This document shows, one piece after another, positions 19,485-28,637 of a stretch of DNA of 63,889 bases. The stretch's first letter is position 1, and the number at the start of each line of letters is the position of its first letter. The stretch covers positions 1 to 63,889 of the forward strand of contig DIDN01000034.1 of NCBI GenBank assembly GCA_002418185.1. The letters run 5' to 3'. A model generated the notes under the pieces. That model saw only the letters and a list, made by a program, of their open reading frames with translations, did no database searches and was not told the origin of the DNA. This DNA comes from Deltaproteobacteria bacterium UBA5799. Its GTDB lineage: Bacteria; Desulfobacterota; GWC2-55-46. The position numbers were made by a program, and so were the translations under genes.

Positions 19485-20399
19485 ATGGAGAGTCCGGGCG
19501 AATACCTGAAAAGAGAAAGGGAGCTGCGAGGGGTATCCCTCAAGGAGATATTCGAGGCCACGAGGGTCCCGATGAAGTTCCTCGAGGCCATAGAGGCGGA
19601 CAGGACAGACGTGCTCCCTCACAAGGCCTTTGCAAAGGGGTTCATAAGGTCGTACTGCAAGGTCCTGGGCCTGGACGAGACAGACGCGGTCCTGAGATAC
19701 GAGGTCTACATGAGGGAAAGGGAGGCTGAAGCCGCATCCGTCGAGAGAACGGCCATGTCCGGCCCCCCGAGAGCGAAAAGGAAGCCGCAGCCGCTCCCTC
19801 TCAAGCGGCCCAAAAGCATGCGCATGTACGTCTTTATCGCGGCAGCGGTCTTCATAATAGCCGCGGCCTATGCGGTCTCCCTGAAAAAGGACTCTCCGGT
19901 GGAAACGGCCCCTGCGGGCCAGGGCTCAATACAGGAGGACGCGCCGTCCCCGCCCTTGAGCCCGGCCCCCGGCGAGGAGCCCTCCGGGGAACCCGGCCCG
20001 GCGGAAAAGGCGCCCGAACCCGTCGTCGCAGCACCTGTCCCCGTAGAGGCCAAGCCCGAGCGGGCGGGGAAAAAGGACGCCAAAGGGCCTGCGGCTTCAG
20101 CTGACGGCGTTACAGAGGCCTCGGGTAGCGCGCATACTCTTACCGCGAACGCAAGCGAGATGGTATGGATGAAGGTAGGGATAGACGGGGGCGAGCCCAA
20201 GGAGGTGCTCCTCCGCGAGGGTGAGAGGTTCACGTGGAAAGGCTCCAGGGGCTTCTCTGTCGTCGTGGGGAACGCGGGGGGCGTGACCCTTACCTATAAC
20301 GGGAGGGAGCTTCCGGCCCTGGGGGCCCAGGGCGAGGTCATAATGCTTGATCTCCCGTCCGGCGGCCTGCAGAAGATAGCGCCGGAAAATGCCGCCTGA
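19485..20399 (+). CDS. RodZ-like cytoskeleton protein (XRE HTH, TM helix, Pro/Ala-rich linker, C-terminal beta domain)
   Basis: GEYLKRERELRGVSLKEIFEATRVPMKFLEAIEAD HTH, TM segment MYVFIAAAVFIIAAAYAV, and a C-terminal VVVGNAGGVTLTYNG block like DUF4115. Start taken at ATG 19485. Confidence 0.8.
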   Translation: MESPGEYLKRERELRGVSLKEIFEATRVPMKFLEAIEADRTDVLPHKAFAKGFIRSYCKVLGLDETDAVLRYEVYMREREAEAASVERTAMSGPPRAKRKPQPLPLKRPKSMRMYVFIAAAVFIIAAAYAVSLKKDSPVETAPAGQGSIQEDAPSPPLSPAPGEEPSGEPGPAEKAPEPVVAAPVPVEAKPERAGKKDAKGPAASADGVTEASGSAHTLTANASEMVWMKVGIDGGEPKEVLLREGERFTWKGSRGFSVVVGNAGGVTLTYNGRELPALGAQGEVIMLDLPSGGLQKIAPENAA

Positions 20400-20581
20400 G
20401 GACCTGCCAGGGGGCCTTCAAGCGGCCCTGACGGGGTTTCATCGGTAATGCAAAAAAGCCCAGGTTCGGCTATACTGTCCTGCAGCGAGGGGCTTATTTC
20501 CGCTCTTTTTCCGGGATTCAAGGGCCCGGCGAGCGGCACAAGCGCGAACTCAAGGGGAGATACCAGGGAAAGGGAGCGTGT

Positions 20582-21292
20582 ATGGAGTCGATCTTAAGGT
20601 GCAGGAAATGCGGCAAGAAGATGAAGCCGCTCCGTGTCGACGATTACAGGATGAAGTTCTCCTGCAGCTGCGGCTTTTCGGAGTACAGGACGGCCCCGGC
20701 GGCCACAAAGGCCATAAACCCGCATTTCTCGAAGGAGAGCCTTCTGCCGCTCACTTTCGACGATTCCGGCCGGTTTTTCTTGCAGCAGCAGGCCGACCGC
20801 GAGCAGAAGGAGATAATAACGCTCGAGGAGATAAGTATGCTCGCCTCCTCGGACTATAACCTCGAGGACGTCCTCAAACGGGTGGCGGAGAAGACCGCCC
20901 GGAGGCTCGGTGTGGATATCTGCTCGATATACCTCTGGGACGGCGAGCACCTTGTGCTCCGGGCCACGTACGGCCTTGCGCAGGAGGCTGTGGGCAAGGC
21001 GCGCCTGAAGATAGGCGAGGGCATAACAGGCTCTGCCGTTGAGGCAAGGAGGCCGCTCCTCATAGACGACGTCTCAAATGATGACCGATACAGGTACTTC
21101 CCCGAGACCAAGGAAGAGCAGTACCGCATAAAAACCATGTACTCGTACCCGATATTCCTGGGCGAGAAGCCCTTCGGCGTCCTTAACGCGCAGACTGTCG
21201 TTACGCGCGAGTTCACGGACGACGAGATATACTTCATGTCCACCATAGCCAACATAATCCTCGGGGCGGTCAAGATGAGAAAGCGCCTTTAG
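20582..21292 (+). CDS. Zinc-ribbon plus GAF domain protein
   Basis: N-terminal CRKCGKK...CSCG ribbon. The C-terminal roughly 150 aa have a GAF-like pattern (ICSIYLWDGEHLVLRATYGL...GEGITG...). Confidence 0.75.
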   Translation: MESILRCRKCGKKMKPLRVDDYRMKFSCSCGFSEYRTAPAATKAINPHFSKESLLPLTFDDSGRFFLQQQADREQKEIITLEEISMLASSDYNLEDVLKRVAEKTARRLGVDICSIYLWDGEHLVLRATYGLAQEAVGKARLKIGEGITGSAVEARRPLLIDDVSNDDRYRYFPETKEEQYRIKTMYSYPIFLGEKPFGVLNAQTVVTREFTDDEIYFMSTIANIILGAVKMRKRL

Positions 21293-21305
21293 GCCGGGCC
21301 TGGCC

Positions 21306-22679
21306 GTGAAGATGCCCGACAAAACCAGGAACAACAACGGACCGCGCCAGCTGGGCCACGCAGGGGGCGCGGTCGTCCTCCTTGCAGCCTTACTGCTCGC
21401 CATCTCCGCCCTCGGTTTCATCTATCATTACATCAAAAGCGGGCCTTCCACTGAAAGGGTCCCGACTCCGGAGCGAGCCGCCTTGATTCAAGCGCCAGGC
21501 GAGGAGGACGGGGGGCGCCCGGGACCCGGCGCTGAGGCCGCGCCAGAAGACCTCGGGTATCCGGAAGAGAGCGATTTTTCAAGCAATGGGGCCGGCGAGG
21601 GCCAGGAAACGGAGCGCCGAGGAACCGGAGACCAAAGGCGTGCGGCGGCCCTGAATGAAAGTGCCGTTCGAGAGGCGCGCGCCGGCAGGCTCGACGAAGC
21701 GGCGGCGCTTCTCAGGGAGGCGGCAACGCTTTCATCCGACCCGGCGATACTCATAAACCTCGCCCGCGTGCAGGCACGCAGAGGGGAGCTTGAGGACGCG
21801 GCTATATCGCTCGAGGCGGCATCCGGCGACCCTGGCGCGCAAGTCGAGCTCAAACGCATATACCGAATGCTCGGCAGGGAAAGGTACTCAAAAGGCGACC
21901 TCTCCGGGGCGGCGGAATTCCTTGAGAAGGCGCTCGCCCTCGACTCTTCGGACAGGGGGCTCAGGGCCGAGCTCGCAAGGGTAGCAGGCGAGAAAGAGGC
22001 CGAGGACATGATGGGCCGGAGGGAGGGGAGCCGCTTCGTCGTAAGGTTCGAGGGCGGCGAGAACGCGGTCGCCGGGTACGTGATAGGCATCATCCTCGAG
22101 GAGGCCTATATAAAGGTCGGGAGCGAGCTCGGCCTGTGGCCTGAGGAACGCGTGGAGGCGCTCCTTTACTCCAGGGACGCCTTCAGGGACATAACAAGGA
22201 GCCCTTCCTGGGCCGGAGCGATATACGACGGCAGGATAAAGCTCCCGGCCGGCGGCATAACCGAGAAGACCGCGCTCCTGGAGCGGGTCATATACCACGA
22301 GTACGTGCACGCGGTCGTAAAGGAGGCGTCGAAGGGCAGGGCGCCGGTATGGCTTAACGAGGGGATAGCCCAGTACCTTGAGGGCAGGAGCACGTCAGGG
22401 TACGAGGAGGTCCTCGGCAGGGCCGCTGCGAGCGGGCCGGGCCTCAAGTCACTTGAGGGCTCTTTCATGGGGCTCAGGAGCGACCAGGCGGAGCTCGCGT
22501 ATCTCCTGAGCCTCTCTGCCACCGAGTACTTGATACGGGAGTTCGGGATATTTTCAGTGCGGAACATACTCGAAAACCTGGGACGCGGGCTGGGAGTCGA
22601 CGAGGCCGTCCATTCCGCCGTCCACCTTACGTACAGGGACTTTGAAAGGGCGTGGAAGGACTCGCTGGCGAGGCGATAA
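21306..22679 (+). CDS. Membrane-anchored TPR protein with a HExxH metallopeptidase-like C-terminal domain
   Basis: N-terminal TM helix, Gly/Glu-rich linker, TPR-like helices, HEYVH motif, then downstream NEGIAQYLE (peptidase MA-like). Confidence 0.7.
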   Translation: MKMPDKTRNNNGPRQLGHAGGAVVLLAALLLAISALGFIYHYIKSGPSTERVPTPERAALIQAPGEEDGGRPGPGAEAAPEDLGYPEESDFSSNGAGEGQETERRGTGDQRRAAALNESAVREARAGRLDEAAALLREAATLSSDPAILINLARVQARRGELEDAAISLEAASGDPGAQVELKRIYRMLGRERYSKGDLSGAAEFLEKALALDSSDRGLRAELARVAGEKEAEDMMGRREGSRFVVRFEGGENAVAGYVIGIILEEAYIKVGSELGLWPEERVEALLYSRDAFRDITRSPSWAGAIYDGRIKLPAGGITEKTALLERVIYHEYVHAVVKEASKGRAPVWLNEGIAQYLEGRSTSGYEEVLGRAAASGPGLKSLEGSFMGLRSDQAELAYLLSLSATEYLIREFGIFSVRNILENLGRGLGVDEAVHSAVHLTYRDFERAWKDSLARR

Positions 22680-22827
22680 AAAAAGGTTTTGCAAACTGTC
22701 CTTGTATGATATATTGCGATATTGACTACAGGCAACTTCCGGACCGCACCTTCCCCGGCCACTGATTAATGGCGTAAAGGTAATCTCGCCTGGGAGGCGG
22801 CCTACAATTCCTTTAGGAGAATGGCTC

Positions 22828-23403
22828 ATGAGTTTGACAGGTTCTTACAAAGGCATGTTCCTGGTTCCAGCTTCCGTCCTCATTCTCGCGCTCTCGGGCT
22901 GCGGAGGGGATAAAAACGCTCAGAACGCGGAAAAAGCCCCTGAAACGGCCCAGGAGGAGCAGTTACCCCAGGGCCATCCCGGCGTCTCTTCAATGCAGGA
23001 CGACATAAGCAAGGTCCAGCACGCAAACATAAAGACGCAAAAAGCCGTCTCCATTCCCGACGAGGTCAAGGAGAAATGGAAGGAGGCGCAGCTTGAGATA
23101 CTGGACGCCGGATCAGGCGCGAGCCAGACAGTAACCGTCAAGGTCGGCAGCGACGTAAAGCTCAAGGAGGGCGTAAGGCTCAGGGTGGAAGTGGTCGTGC
23201 CCGACTATACCATAGCCGAGAGCAGGATAGAGACCAGGTCCAACGAGCTCAACAACCCGGCTGTCCTCGTAGATCTCGTCGAGAACGACAAGAGCATTGC
23301 CAGGGGCTGGGTCTTCAGGGACTACCCCGAGTTCAATTCCTACAACGACAGGAGGTTCCCTCTGAGGTTCCTCTCCGCCGGCCCGGCGACGGCAAAGAAA
23401 TAA
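22828..23403 (+). CDS. Hypothetical lipoprotein
   Basis: Lipobox LILALSGC. It is followed by a strong intrinsic terminator. No enzymatic motif recognised. Confidence 0.75.
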   Translation: MSLTGSYKGMFLVPASVLILALSGCGGDKNAQNAEKAPETAQEEQLPQGHPGVSSMQDDISKVQHANIKTQKAVSIPDEVKEKWKEAQLEILDAGSGASQTVTVKVGSDVKLKEGVRLRVEVVVPDYTIAESRIETRSNELNNPAVLVDLVENDKSIARGWVFRDYPEFNSYNDRRFPLRFLSAGPATAKK

Positions 23404-23423
23404 GGGCAGTGTTTTGCATGCGG

Positions 23424-23454
23424 GCCCCCGGGCTGATCCCGGGGGCTTTTTTTT
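23424..23454 (+). terminator. Rho-independent terminator
   Basis: gcccccggg-ctgat-cccgggggc stem-loop followed by T8. Confidence 0.85.
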
Positions 23455-23504
23455 GCTTGAAGTCTCCTTGAAAAGTCCGCTTCAAGGCCGGCTTCGAAAT
23501 CGGA

Positions 23505-23578
23505 CAGTCCGGCGTACAGGCAGGGTACGCTTCATTCCTCTTCTATCGGCTCCTTGCTTCTTGAGTTCTTGAGCAGCC
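23505..23578. repeat. Partial, inverted copy of the GGAGCGAGG-type repeat module
   Basis: ccggcgtacaggcagggtacgcttcattcctc...ttgagcagcc aligns with the reverse complement of the 33970-34096 element. Confidence 0.5.
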
Positions 23579-23615
23579 TGAATTGGATTTCGAGTTTAGA
23601 GGGGCCTTAAAACTT

Positions 23616-23644
23616 TTGACAACCGCAGGGAAATATGTTTAATT
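23616..23644 (+). promoter_or_regulatory. Candidate sigma70-like promoter upstream of the tRNA-Ser pair
   Basis: TTGACA (23616-23621), 17-nt spacer, TTAATT (23639-23644). Confidence 0.35.
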
Positions 23645-23747
23645 TTTCTATCGGGTTGCTTGCACCCGTTCCTGCCTGGGGGTCGCGTTCCTTTGACGCG
23701 GCCCTCGTTTATTCTTTTTAAAAAGCGGGTGTTTTGAAGGGCCGTAA

Positions 23748-23837
23748 GGAGAGGTGACCGAGAGGCTGAAGGTGGCTGACTCGAAATCAGCTGTGTCGGA
23801 AACGGCACCGGGGGTTCAAATCCCTCCCTCTCCGCCA
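23748..23837 (+). tRNA. tRNA-Ser (anticodon CGA)
   Basis: Acceptor GGAGAGG/CCTCTCC, anticodon stem gctga/tcagc with loop CTCGAAA, long variable arm, GGTTCAAATCC T-loop, encoded CCA. Confidence 0.9.
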
Positions 23838-23859
23838 GTTTTGCCGGACGCGCCGCAGG

Positions 23860-23937
23860 GATTTGAAGGCGCTTGAGCGCCGAGTGGAGCGAGGATGAGG
23901 GCGCAGGGACGCGCCCGGAAGCGAAAGCGCTTGGCGC
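23860..23937. repeat. Repeat module copy A (direct repeat of 24069-24145)
   Basis: gatttgaaggcgcttgagcgccgagtggagcgaggatgagggcgcagggacgcgcccggaagcgaaagcgc is over 90% identical to copy B. Confidence 0.85.
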
Positions 23938-23957
23938 CAGAGTCAAGCAGGCCAGAT

Positions 23958-24045
23958 GGAGAGATGCCCGAGTGGCCGAAGGGGTACGACTGGAAATCGT
24001 ATGTACAGAAATGTACCGAGGGTTCGAATCCCTCTCTCTCCGCCA
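23958..24045 (+). tRNA. tRNA-Ser (anticodon GGA)
   Basis: Acceptor GGAGAGA/TCTCTCC, anticodon stem tacga/tcgta with loop CTGGAAA, long variable arm, GGTTCGAATCC T-loop, encoded CCA. Confidence 0.9.
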
Positions 24046-24068
24046 TTTTTACACCCCCCCTTTGGTTG

Positions 24069-24145
24069 GATTCGAAGGCGCTTGAGCGCCGAGCGGAGCG
24101 AGGATGAGGGCGCAGGGATGCGCACGGAAGCGAAAGCGCGGGGCC
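24069..24145. repeat. Repeat module copy B
   Basis: See copy A. It lies inside the 127-bp segment bracketed by the 28-bp duplication. Confidence 0.85.
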
Positions 24146-24179
24146 TGAGAGAGGAGGCAGGAAGCCGACGAGCGAGGGC

Positions 24180-24207
24180 CGAATCCCTCTCTCTCCGCCA
24201 TTTTTAC
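24180..24207 (+). other. Duplicated 3' end of tRNA-Ser(GGA) (att-like direct repeat)
   Basis: 28 bp cgaatccctctctctccgccatttttac is identical to 24025-24052. Confidence 0.85.
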
Positions 24208-24380
24208 GCCCCCGTAGGGAACAAACGCCCTGCCTGATGCGTTACGTTATTGGATAAGACGGGCCTGAGCGCCCAAACCTCTGAATAAGCCGATTTTCGA
24301 GACCGGCGCGGACGCCGTTGACGGGATTGCCTCAGAGCTTGCGCCTGCCTGTATATCATCGGGAACTCATTAAGGTTTGA

Positions 24381-25505
24381 ATGCAAGAACATGATGAAAT
24401 GAGAGTCGCTGGAAGGCCTGCCGAAAAGCACCTGATCACCTTTTTTTCTCTCCTCTTCTTCACCCTGTCCTCCCTGTTGTCAGCCGGCATCGCCCAGGGC
24501 GCGTCTTCCGGGCTCCCGGTAATCGTCGCCCCGGTAAAGAAGCTGGATTTCGCCGACATGGTCGAGGCCCTGGGCACTACCAGGGCAAACGAGACTGTCG
24601 CGGTCACCGCGGTCGTGACCGGGGCCATTGACGAAATAAGGTTCGAGGACGGGCAGCGCGTCGCAAAGGGCGATGTCCTCGTCGCGCTCGAAAAGAGCGA
24701 GGAGGAGGCCAACCTCAAGGCAGCCAGGGCGCTGCTCGAGGAGCGCACGGCCTCGTACAGGCGCGCGCAGGACCTCGAGAAGCAGCAGGCCCTTTCCACC
24801 GCGACCCTTAACGAGCGCCAGGCGCTCCTTCGCCAGATCGAGGGCGAGATCGACGCGATCCGGGCGCGCATAAACGACAGGGTCATAAGGGCCCCCTTTG
24901 ACGGCGTCCTGGGGCTTCGTAACGTGAGCCCCGGCGCTCTTGTCAGGCCCGGCGACATAATAACGACCCTCCATGACCTGAGCCGCATAAAGGTCGACTT
25001 CGACGTGCCTTCGGTCTTCTTGAGCGACATCCACCCTGGCCTGCAGGTCGAGGGACTCGTCGAGGCGTTCGGGGACAGGGTCTTCAGGGGCGAGGTCAGC
25101 ACCGTCGGCACCCAGGTCGACCCTGTAACGCGCACCGTGAGGGTGCGGGCAATCCTCCCCAACCAGGACGGCATGCTGAGGCCGGGCCTCCTCATGAGCA
25201 TCGTGCTCTTCAAGAACCCCCGCCAGGCGCTTCTCATGCCGGAAAAGGCCCTTGTCCAGAGGGAGAGGAGGTTCTTCGTCTTCGCCGCCGCCGAAAACGG
25301 CGGCAAGACCGTTGCCGTGCAGAAAGAGGTGGCCATCGGCGGCCGCGTCCCGGGCAAGGTGGAGATAGTCTCCGGCCTCGGCGAAGGCGAGCGCGTAATC
25401 GTCCACGGCCTCATGCAGGTGCGGGACGGGCAGGAGATAGACATCCGCGCGGTCGACGAAGGCGCCCGGCCCCTCGACGAACTACTCATGCAGCGGAACC
25501 CGTAG
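24381..25505 (+). CDS. RND efflux periplasmic adaptor (MFP/HlyD_D23 family)
   Basis: Signal/TM N-terminus, coiled-coil hairpin (ANLKAARALLEE...), a beta-barrel block, and position directly upstream of the RND pump. Confidence 0.9.
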   Translation: MQEHDEMRVAGRPAEKHLITFFSLLFFTLSSLLSAGIAQGASSGLPVIVAPVKKLDFADMVEALGTTRANETVAVTAVVTGAIDEIRFEDGQRVAKGDVLVALEKSEEEANLKAARALLEERTASYRRAQDLEKQQALSTATLNERQALLRQIEGEIDAIRARINDRVIRAPFDGVLGLRNVSPGALVRPGDIITTLHDLSRIKVDFDVPSVFLSDIHPGLQVEGLVEAFGDRVFRGEVSTVGTQVDPVTRTVRVRAILPNQDGMLRPGLLMSIVLFKNPRQALLMPEKALVQRERRFFVFAAAENGGKTVAVQKEVAIGGRVPGKVEIVSGLGEGERVIVHGLMQVRDGQEIDIRAVDEGARPLDELLMQRNP

Positions 25506-25517
25506 CCTGGAATAACA

Positions 25518-28500
25518 ATGAAGCTCTCCGACATCTCCGTAACGCGCCCAGTATTCGCTTCAGTCCTTTCGCTCCTGCTCCTTATCTTCGGCATCGTCTC
25601 GTTTACGCAGCTGCCTCTGCGCGAATACCCGGACATCGACCCGCCAGTGGTCTCCATCGACACGTCGTATCCGGGGGCCTCCGCGAACGTCGTCGAGACC
25701 CGCATAACCCAGGTGATAGAGGACAGCATCGCCGGGGTCGAGGGCATACAGTTCATATCCTCCACCAGCAGCGACGGCCGCTCGCGCATCTCGGTGGAGT
25801 TCTCCACCGAGCGCGATATCGACGACGCCGCAAACGACATCCGCGACAGGGTCTCCGGCGTCCTCGACAGGATGCCTTCCGAGGCCGACCCGCCCGAGAT
25901 AGAGAAGGCGGACTCGAGCGACGACGTCATCCTGTGGCTGAGCTTGACGAGCGACAGGATGAGCGTCATAGAACTTACCGACTACGCTCAGCGCTACCTT
26001 GTTGACCGGTTCTCGATACTTCAGGGAGTGGCGCGCGTGAGGGTCGGCGGCGGCCTCGACTACGCGATGCGCATCTGGCTCGACCGCACCAAGATGGCGG
26101 CCCGTAGCCTCACGGTCGAGGACATAGAGTCCGCCCTTCGCACCGAGAACATCGAGCTCCCGGCGGGCTCGATCGAGTCGCTCGAACGCCAGTTCACCGC
26201 CCGCGCCGAGCGTGCGTACAGGACCGAGGACGACTTCCGGAAGCTGGTAATCAGGCGCGACGCCGAGAGCGACTACCTCGTAAGGCTCGGCGACGTGGCC
26301 CGGGTGGAGAAGGCGGCGGTCGAGGACCGGATAATCTTCCGCGGCAACGGCCAGCCCAGGGTCGGCATAGGCGTCATAAAGCAGTCAAAGGGGAACACGA
26401 TAGCCGTCGCAAAGGCGGCCATCGCCCAGGCCGAGCGCATCTCCGCGACGCTGCCCGAGGGGATGGAGCTCGAGGCGGCCTATGACACCTCCGTATTCAT
26501 CCAGAACGCGATAGACGAGGTCTATAAGACTCTGGCCATAGCCGTAGGACTCGTCGTGCTGGTCATCTATCTCTTCATCGGGAGCGGGAGGGCGATGCTC
26601 ATACCCGCCGTTACGATTCCGGTCTCGCTGGTATCGAGCTTCGCCGCGCTCCTCTTGATGGGATTCTCGATTAACCTCCTTACGCTTCTGGCCCTCGTGC
26701 TCGCGATCGGCCTCGTGGTCGACGACGCGATAGTCGTCCTCGAGAACATCTCGCGGCGCATCGAGGCAGGGGAGACCCCGCTTGTCGCCGCGTTCCACGG
26801 CACGCGCCAGGTGGGGTTCGCGGTGGTGGCGACCTCGGTCGTCCTTATCGCGGTCTTCGTGCCCATAGCCTTCCTGCAGGGCGACCTCGGGCGGCTGTTC
26901 TCGGAGTTCGCGCTCACCATGGCCGCCGCCGTCTTCTTCTCGACGCTCGTGGCGCTCACGCTTTCGGCCATGCTCGCGTCCAAGCTCCTCAAAAAGACCG
27001 AGCGGACCTCCTTGAGCGCGTTCGTCGAACGGGCCTTCCTGCGGCTCCGGCGCGGCTACATGAAGGCGCTCGGTTTCTGCCTGGACAGGCCCGCGGTCGT
27101 CATAGCCGTCTTTTTCGCGCTCCTCGGGGCGGCGGGGCTCCTCTTCAGGGCCATCCCGTCCGAGTACGCGCCAAAGGAGGACCGGGGCGCGTTCTTCGTG
27201 ATGGTGAACGGGCCTGAAGGCGCTTCTCACGGCTACATGAAAGAGTACATGGACGAGATCGAAAAGCGGCTCATGAGGCTCGTCGAGGCGGGCGAGATAA
27301 AGATACAGCTTGTGCGCTCGCCGCGCGGCTTCGGGACACTCTCCCGCTTCAACGACGGCATGGTGATCGTCGTCCTTACGCCCTGGGAGGTGCGGCGCTC
27401 AGCCTGGGAGATAATGTCGGACGTGCAGGAAAGCCTCGCCGACTTAACGGGCGTGCGCGCCTTCCCTGTCATGCGGCAGGGCTTCGGGGGCGGCATCCAG
27501 AAGCCCGTGCAGTTCGTCATCGGCGGCGGCACCTACGAGGAGCTGGCGAGCTGGCGCGACCTCATGATCGAAAAGGTCGAGGCGGAGAACCCCGGCTTCG
27601 TGGGCCTGGATTCCGACTACAAGGAGACCAAGCCCCAGCTCGGGGTATCCATAAACCGCGACCGCGCCGCCGACCTGGGCATAAGCGCCACGACCGCCGT
27701 GAGGACGCTCGAGTCCATGCTGGGCGGACGCCGCGTTACCACCTTTATCGAGGACGGCGAGGAATACGACGTCATCATAGAGGGCGAGCGCGACAGGCAG
27801 CGCACCCCGACCGACATGCAAAACATATACGTGCGCTCCGCCACCACCGGCCGCATGATACCCCTTTCCAACATCATGAGCATAAGCGAGTTCGCGGATT
27901 CGAGCTCGCTTAACCGCTACAACCGCGTAAGGGCCATCACCCTTGACGCGAACCTCGCCGACGGCTACGCGCTCGGCGACGCGCTCGCCCACCTCGAAAG
28001 GCTGGTCCGGGAGAACCTGCCGGAGACCGCCGTAATCGACTACAAGGGCCAGTCGCTCGATTTCAGGAGCAGCGGGTCTTCCATCATGTTCATCTTCGTC
28101 CTGGGCATATTCATAGTCTTCCTGGTCCTGGCCGCCCAGTTCGAAAGCTACGTCCACCCGCTCGTCATAATGACAACGGTGCCGCTCGCAATGACAGGCG
28201 CGCTCGCGGGCCTTTATTTCCTGGGCGGGACGCTCAATATCTATACGCAGGTCGGGCTCATAATGCTCGTGGGGCTTGCCGCGAAGAACGGCATACTTAT
28301 CGTCGAGTTCATAAACCAGCTCCGGGACCAGGGCATGGAGTTCAGGAGGGCCGTCCTCGAGGCCTCCTCCATACGCCTTCGCCCCATAATCATGACCGGG
28401 CTCACGACGGCCGCGGGCTCGATGCCGCTCATACTCGCTTCCGGCGCAGGCGCGGAGACCCGTGCCGCCATCGGAATCGTAGTCCTCCTCGGTGTCCTTG

Positions 28501-28637
28501 CCGCTACCGTCTTCACCGTCATCGTGGTGCCTGTCGCCTATAGCCTGCTTGCGCGCGGCACCGGCTCCCCCGGGGACGTAAGGCGCGTGCTCGAAGAAGA
28601 GATGGACAGGTTCCACCTCCGGGAGGCTGATAAGTGA
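25518..28637 (+). CDS. RND efflux transporter permease (AcrB/HAE1-like)
   Basis: 1039 aa with a 12-TM pattern and two large periplasmic loops. Conserved VVDDAIVVLENI and AAKNGILIVEF blocks are present. Confidence 0.95.
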   Translation: MKLSDISVTRPVFASVLSLLLLIFGIVSFTQLPLREYPDIDPPVVSIDTSYPGASANVVETRITQVIEDSIAGVEGIQFISSTSSDGRSRISVEFSTERDIDDAANDIRDRVSGVLDRMPSEADPPEIEKADSSDDVILWLSLTSDRMSVIELTDYAQRYLVDRFSILQGVARVRVGGGLDYAMRIWLDRTKMAARSLTVEDIESALRTENIELPAGSIESLERQFTARAERAYRTEDDFRKLVIRRDAESDYLVRLGDVARVEKAAVEDRIIFRGNGQPRVGIGVIKQSKGNTIAVAKAAIAQAERISATLPEGMELEAAYDTSVFIQNAIDEVYKTLAIAVGLVVLVIYLFIGSGRAMLIPAVTIPVSLVSSFAALLLMGFSINLLTLLALVLAIGLVVDDAIVVLENISRRIEAGETPLVAAFHGTRQVGFAVVATSVVLIAVFVPIAFLQGDLGRLFSEFALTMAAAVFFSTLVALTLSAMLASKLLKKTERTSLSAFVERAFLRLRRGYMKALGFCLDRPAVVIAVFFALLGAAGLLFRAIPSEYAPKEDRGAFFVMVNGPEGASHGYMKEYMDEIEKRLMRLVEAGEIKIQLVRSPRGFGTLSRFNDGMVIVVLTPWEVRRSAWEIMSDVQESLADLTGVRAFPVMRQGFGGGIQKPVQFVIGGGTYEELASWRDLMIEKVEAENPGFVGLDSDYKETKPQLGVSINRDRAADLGISATTAVRTLESMLGGRRVTTFIEDGEEYDVIIEGERDRQRTPTDMQNIYVRSATTGRMIPLSNIMSISEFADSSSLNRYNRVRAITLDANLADGYALGDALAHLERLVRENLPETAVIDYKGQSLDFRSSGSSIMFIFVLGIFIVFLVLAAQFESYVHPLVIMTTVPLAMTGALAGLYFLGGTLNIYTQVGLIMLVGLAAKNGILIVEFINQLRDQGMEFRRAVLEASSIRLRPIIMTGLTTAAGSMPLILASGAGAETRAAIGIVVLLGVLAATVFTVIVVPVAYSLLARGTGSPGDVRRVLEEEMDRFHLREADK

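Noticed and set aside
23596-24125. ORFs overlapping the tRNA-Ser genes and their repeats (for example 23596-23946, 23816-24046 and 23943-24125)
   Set aside because: They overlap well-folding tRNA genes and repeat DNA and have no coding signature.
24356-25969. 537-aa antisense ORF opposite the RND adaptor gene, and similar long shadow ORFs (6666-7697, 26385-27230, 27444-28697, 42553-43779, 49072-49992, 49906-51126, 8870-10282)
   Set aside because: These are typical high-GC shadow frames. They are Ser/Arg/Pro/Gly-rich or low-complexity and lie opposite or out of frame to genes with unambiguous family motifs.
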